A stretch of 35,127 nt of DNA from Reclinomonas americana ATCC 50394 (Eukaryota): contig PS015060.1 in assembly GCA_048213135.1 (NCBI GenBank), forward strand, positions 1-35,127. The letters are read 5' to 3'. Below the pieces are notes generated by a model, which saw nothing but the letters and a program-made list of their open reading frames with translations, made no database searches and was not told the origin of the DNA. Positions 35,127 to 35,127 of the stretch are shown piece by piece (within the stretch, counting starts at the first letter, position 1; every line of letters begins with the position of its first letter). The position numbers were made by a program, and so were the translations under genes.

Positions 35127-35127
35127 T

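Overview
Eukaryotic draft assembly, most likely a microbial eukaryote/protist (organism not identifiable from the window), with GT-AG introns, CT/GA microsatellites and eight N gaps. Eight intron-containing genes can be reconstructed. (1) A minus-strand NLR/STAND gene absent from the ORF track because its frame runs off the window without a stop; its domains are ubiquitin-like, HEPN-like (RxxxxH), NACHT, pentapeptide repeat and near-identical WD40 repeats with hypervariable positions. (2) A head-to-head WD40 gene. (3) A large TPR protein with two tandem copies of a putative cysteine-peptidase-like domain, one intact and one apparently inactive. (4) A nitroreductase with a probable mitochondrial presequence. 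(5) A 7TM-RGS protein. (6) A signal-peptide VWA protein. (7) A cyclase-family/kynurenine-formamidase-like hydrolase. (8) Long-form tRNase Z (ELAC2). The first ~13 kb looks like an accessory, possibly immune, cluster built from very long intronless exons; the rest is intron-dense housekeeping sequence whose long introns consist of intron-specific tandem repeats. All domain calls are motif recognition by eye from manual translation, and exon boundaries are best estimates.
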